From IMG/VR virus record IMGVR_UViG_3300045988_113752, positions 1 through 24,654 of that record: a stretch of DNA of 24,654 nt, one strand, 5' to 3'. The position numbers and the translations under genes were made by a program. Below are positions 24,258-24,654 of the stretch, piece after piece. How positions within the stretch are numbered: the first letter of the stretch is position 1; each line of letters starts with the position of its first letter. Under the pieces are notes generated by a model. The model saw nothing but the letters and a program-made list of their open reading frames with translations. It did not search any database and was not told the DNA's origin. The stretch comes from a virus. Taxonomy: Duplodnaviria > Heunggongvirae > Uroviricota > Caudoviricetes.

Positions 24258-24654
24258 ATGAAACTGAATGCAACTTATATAAAAATACGTGATAAATGGT
24301 GGGGGCTTCCGCTGTTCCTGCCTTCTTTAATCTTGCCCATTTTCGCCCACATTAATACTTTCGCGCATATTTCTTCCGGTGAGGTTTTTCTCTTTTATCT
24401 GCCTTTGGCACTGATGATCAGCATGATGATGTTTTTCAGCTGGGCGGCATTGCCAGGGATCACCTTAGGGATTTTTGTCCGCAAATATGCAGAGCTGGGT
24501 TTTTACGAAACGCTCTCATTAACGGCTAATTTTATTATCATTATCATTCTCTGTTGGGGCGGTTACAGGGTCTTTACTGGATTTGCCCCTATATTTCCAG
24601 ACATCTGTTATCACTTAACCCATTACAAGCCCGCTGCCGCAGATATTCCCGTGG
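24258..24654 (+). CDS. pdeF: N-terminal fragment of a multi-TM membrane protein, probably the sensor domain of PdeF/YfgF (continues past window end)
   Basis: Open frame from ATG 24258 to the window end (132 codons) with several hydrophobic segments. Not in the ORF track because it has no stop. Assignment rests on synteny recalled from E. coli. Confidence 0.4.
   Translation, partial: MKLNATYIKIRDKWWGLPLFLPSLILPIFAHINTFAHISSGEVFLFYLPLALMISMMMFFSWAALPGITLGIFVRKYAELGFYETLSLTANFIIIIILCWGGYRVFTGFAPIFPDICYHLTHYKPAAADIPV

Noticed and set aside
1-24654. CRISPR array, insertion sequence or transposase
   Set aside because: No regularly spaced direct repeats and no transposase- or integrase-like ORF anywhere in the window. 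The only long repeats are the inverted antirepressor 3' ends.

Overview
The window is the right arm of a temperate podovirus-like prophage (about 1..22220) followed by host chromosome (about 22220..24654). The prophage part reads, left to right: scaffold C-terminus, major capsid, small head-associated genes, T7-like tail tubular proteins A and B, four internal virion/ejection proteins (one with a lytic transglycosylase motif), an AT-rich accessory gene, a P22 immI-like switch (Mnt-like, Arc-like, antirepressor, candidate sar-like antisense RNA), a 1.2 kb cassette flanked by ~253 bp inverted repeats, a second Bro-N antirepressor, a small LexA-box-controlled gene, a pectate-lyase-type tailspike, and a lysis cassette (holin candidates, GH19 endolysin, Rz with embedded Rz1). 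The last five codons of guaA (IIEWE-stop) at 22219..22236 mark a probable att junction, followed by genes I recognise from memory as E. coli yfgI, yfgH, yfgG and the start of pdeF. The most interesting signals are: (1) a consensus-grade LexA box in front of a small gene homologous to the shared C-terminal domain of both antirepressors; (2) that domain present in three copies, two encoded by the inverted repeats; (3) the immI-like switch with a predicted antisense RNA; (4) AT-rich accessory genes at the sieA-equivalent position and inside the repeat-flanked cassette. No tRNA, rRNA, CRISPR array or transposase was seen. All protein-family calls are from reading the translations and from memory; nothing was searched against a database.
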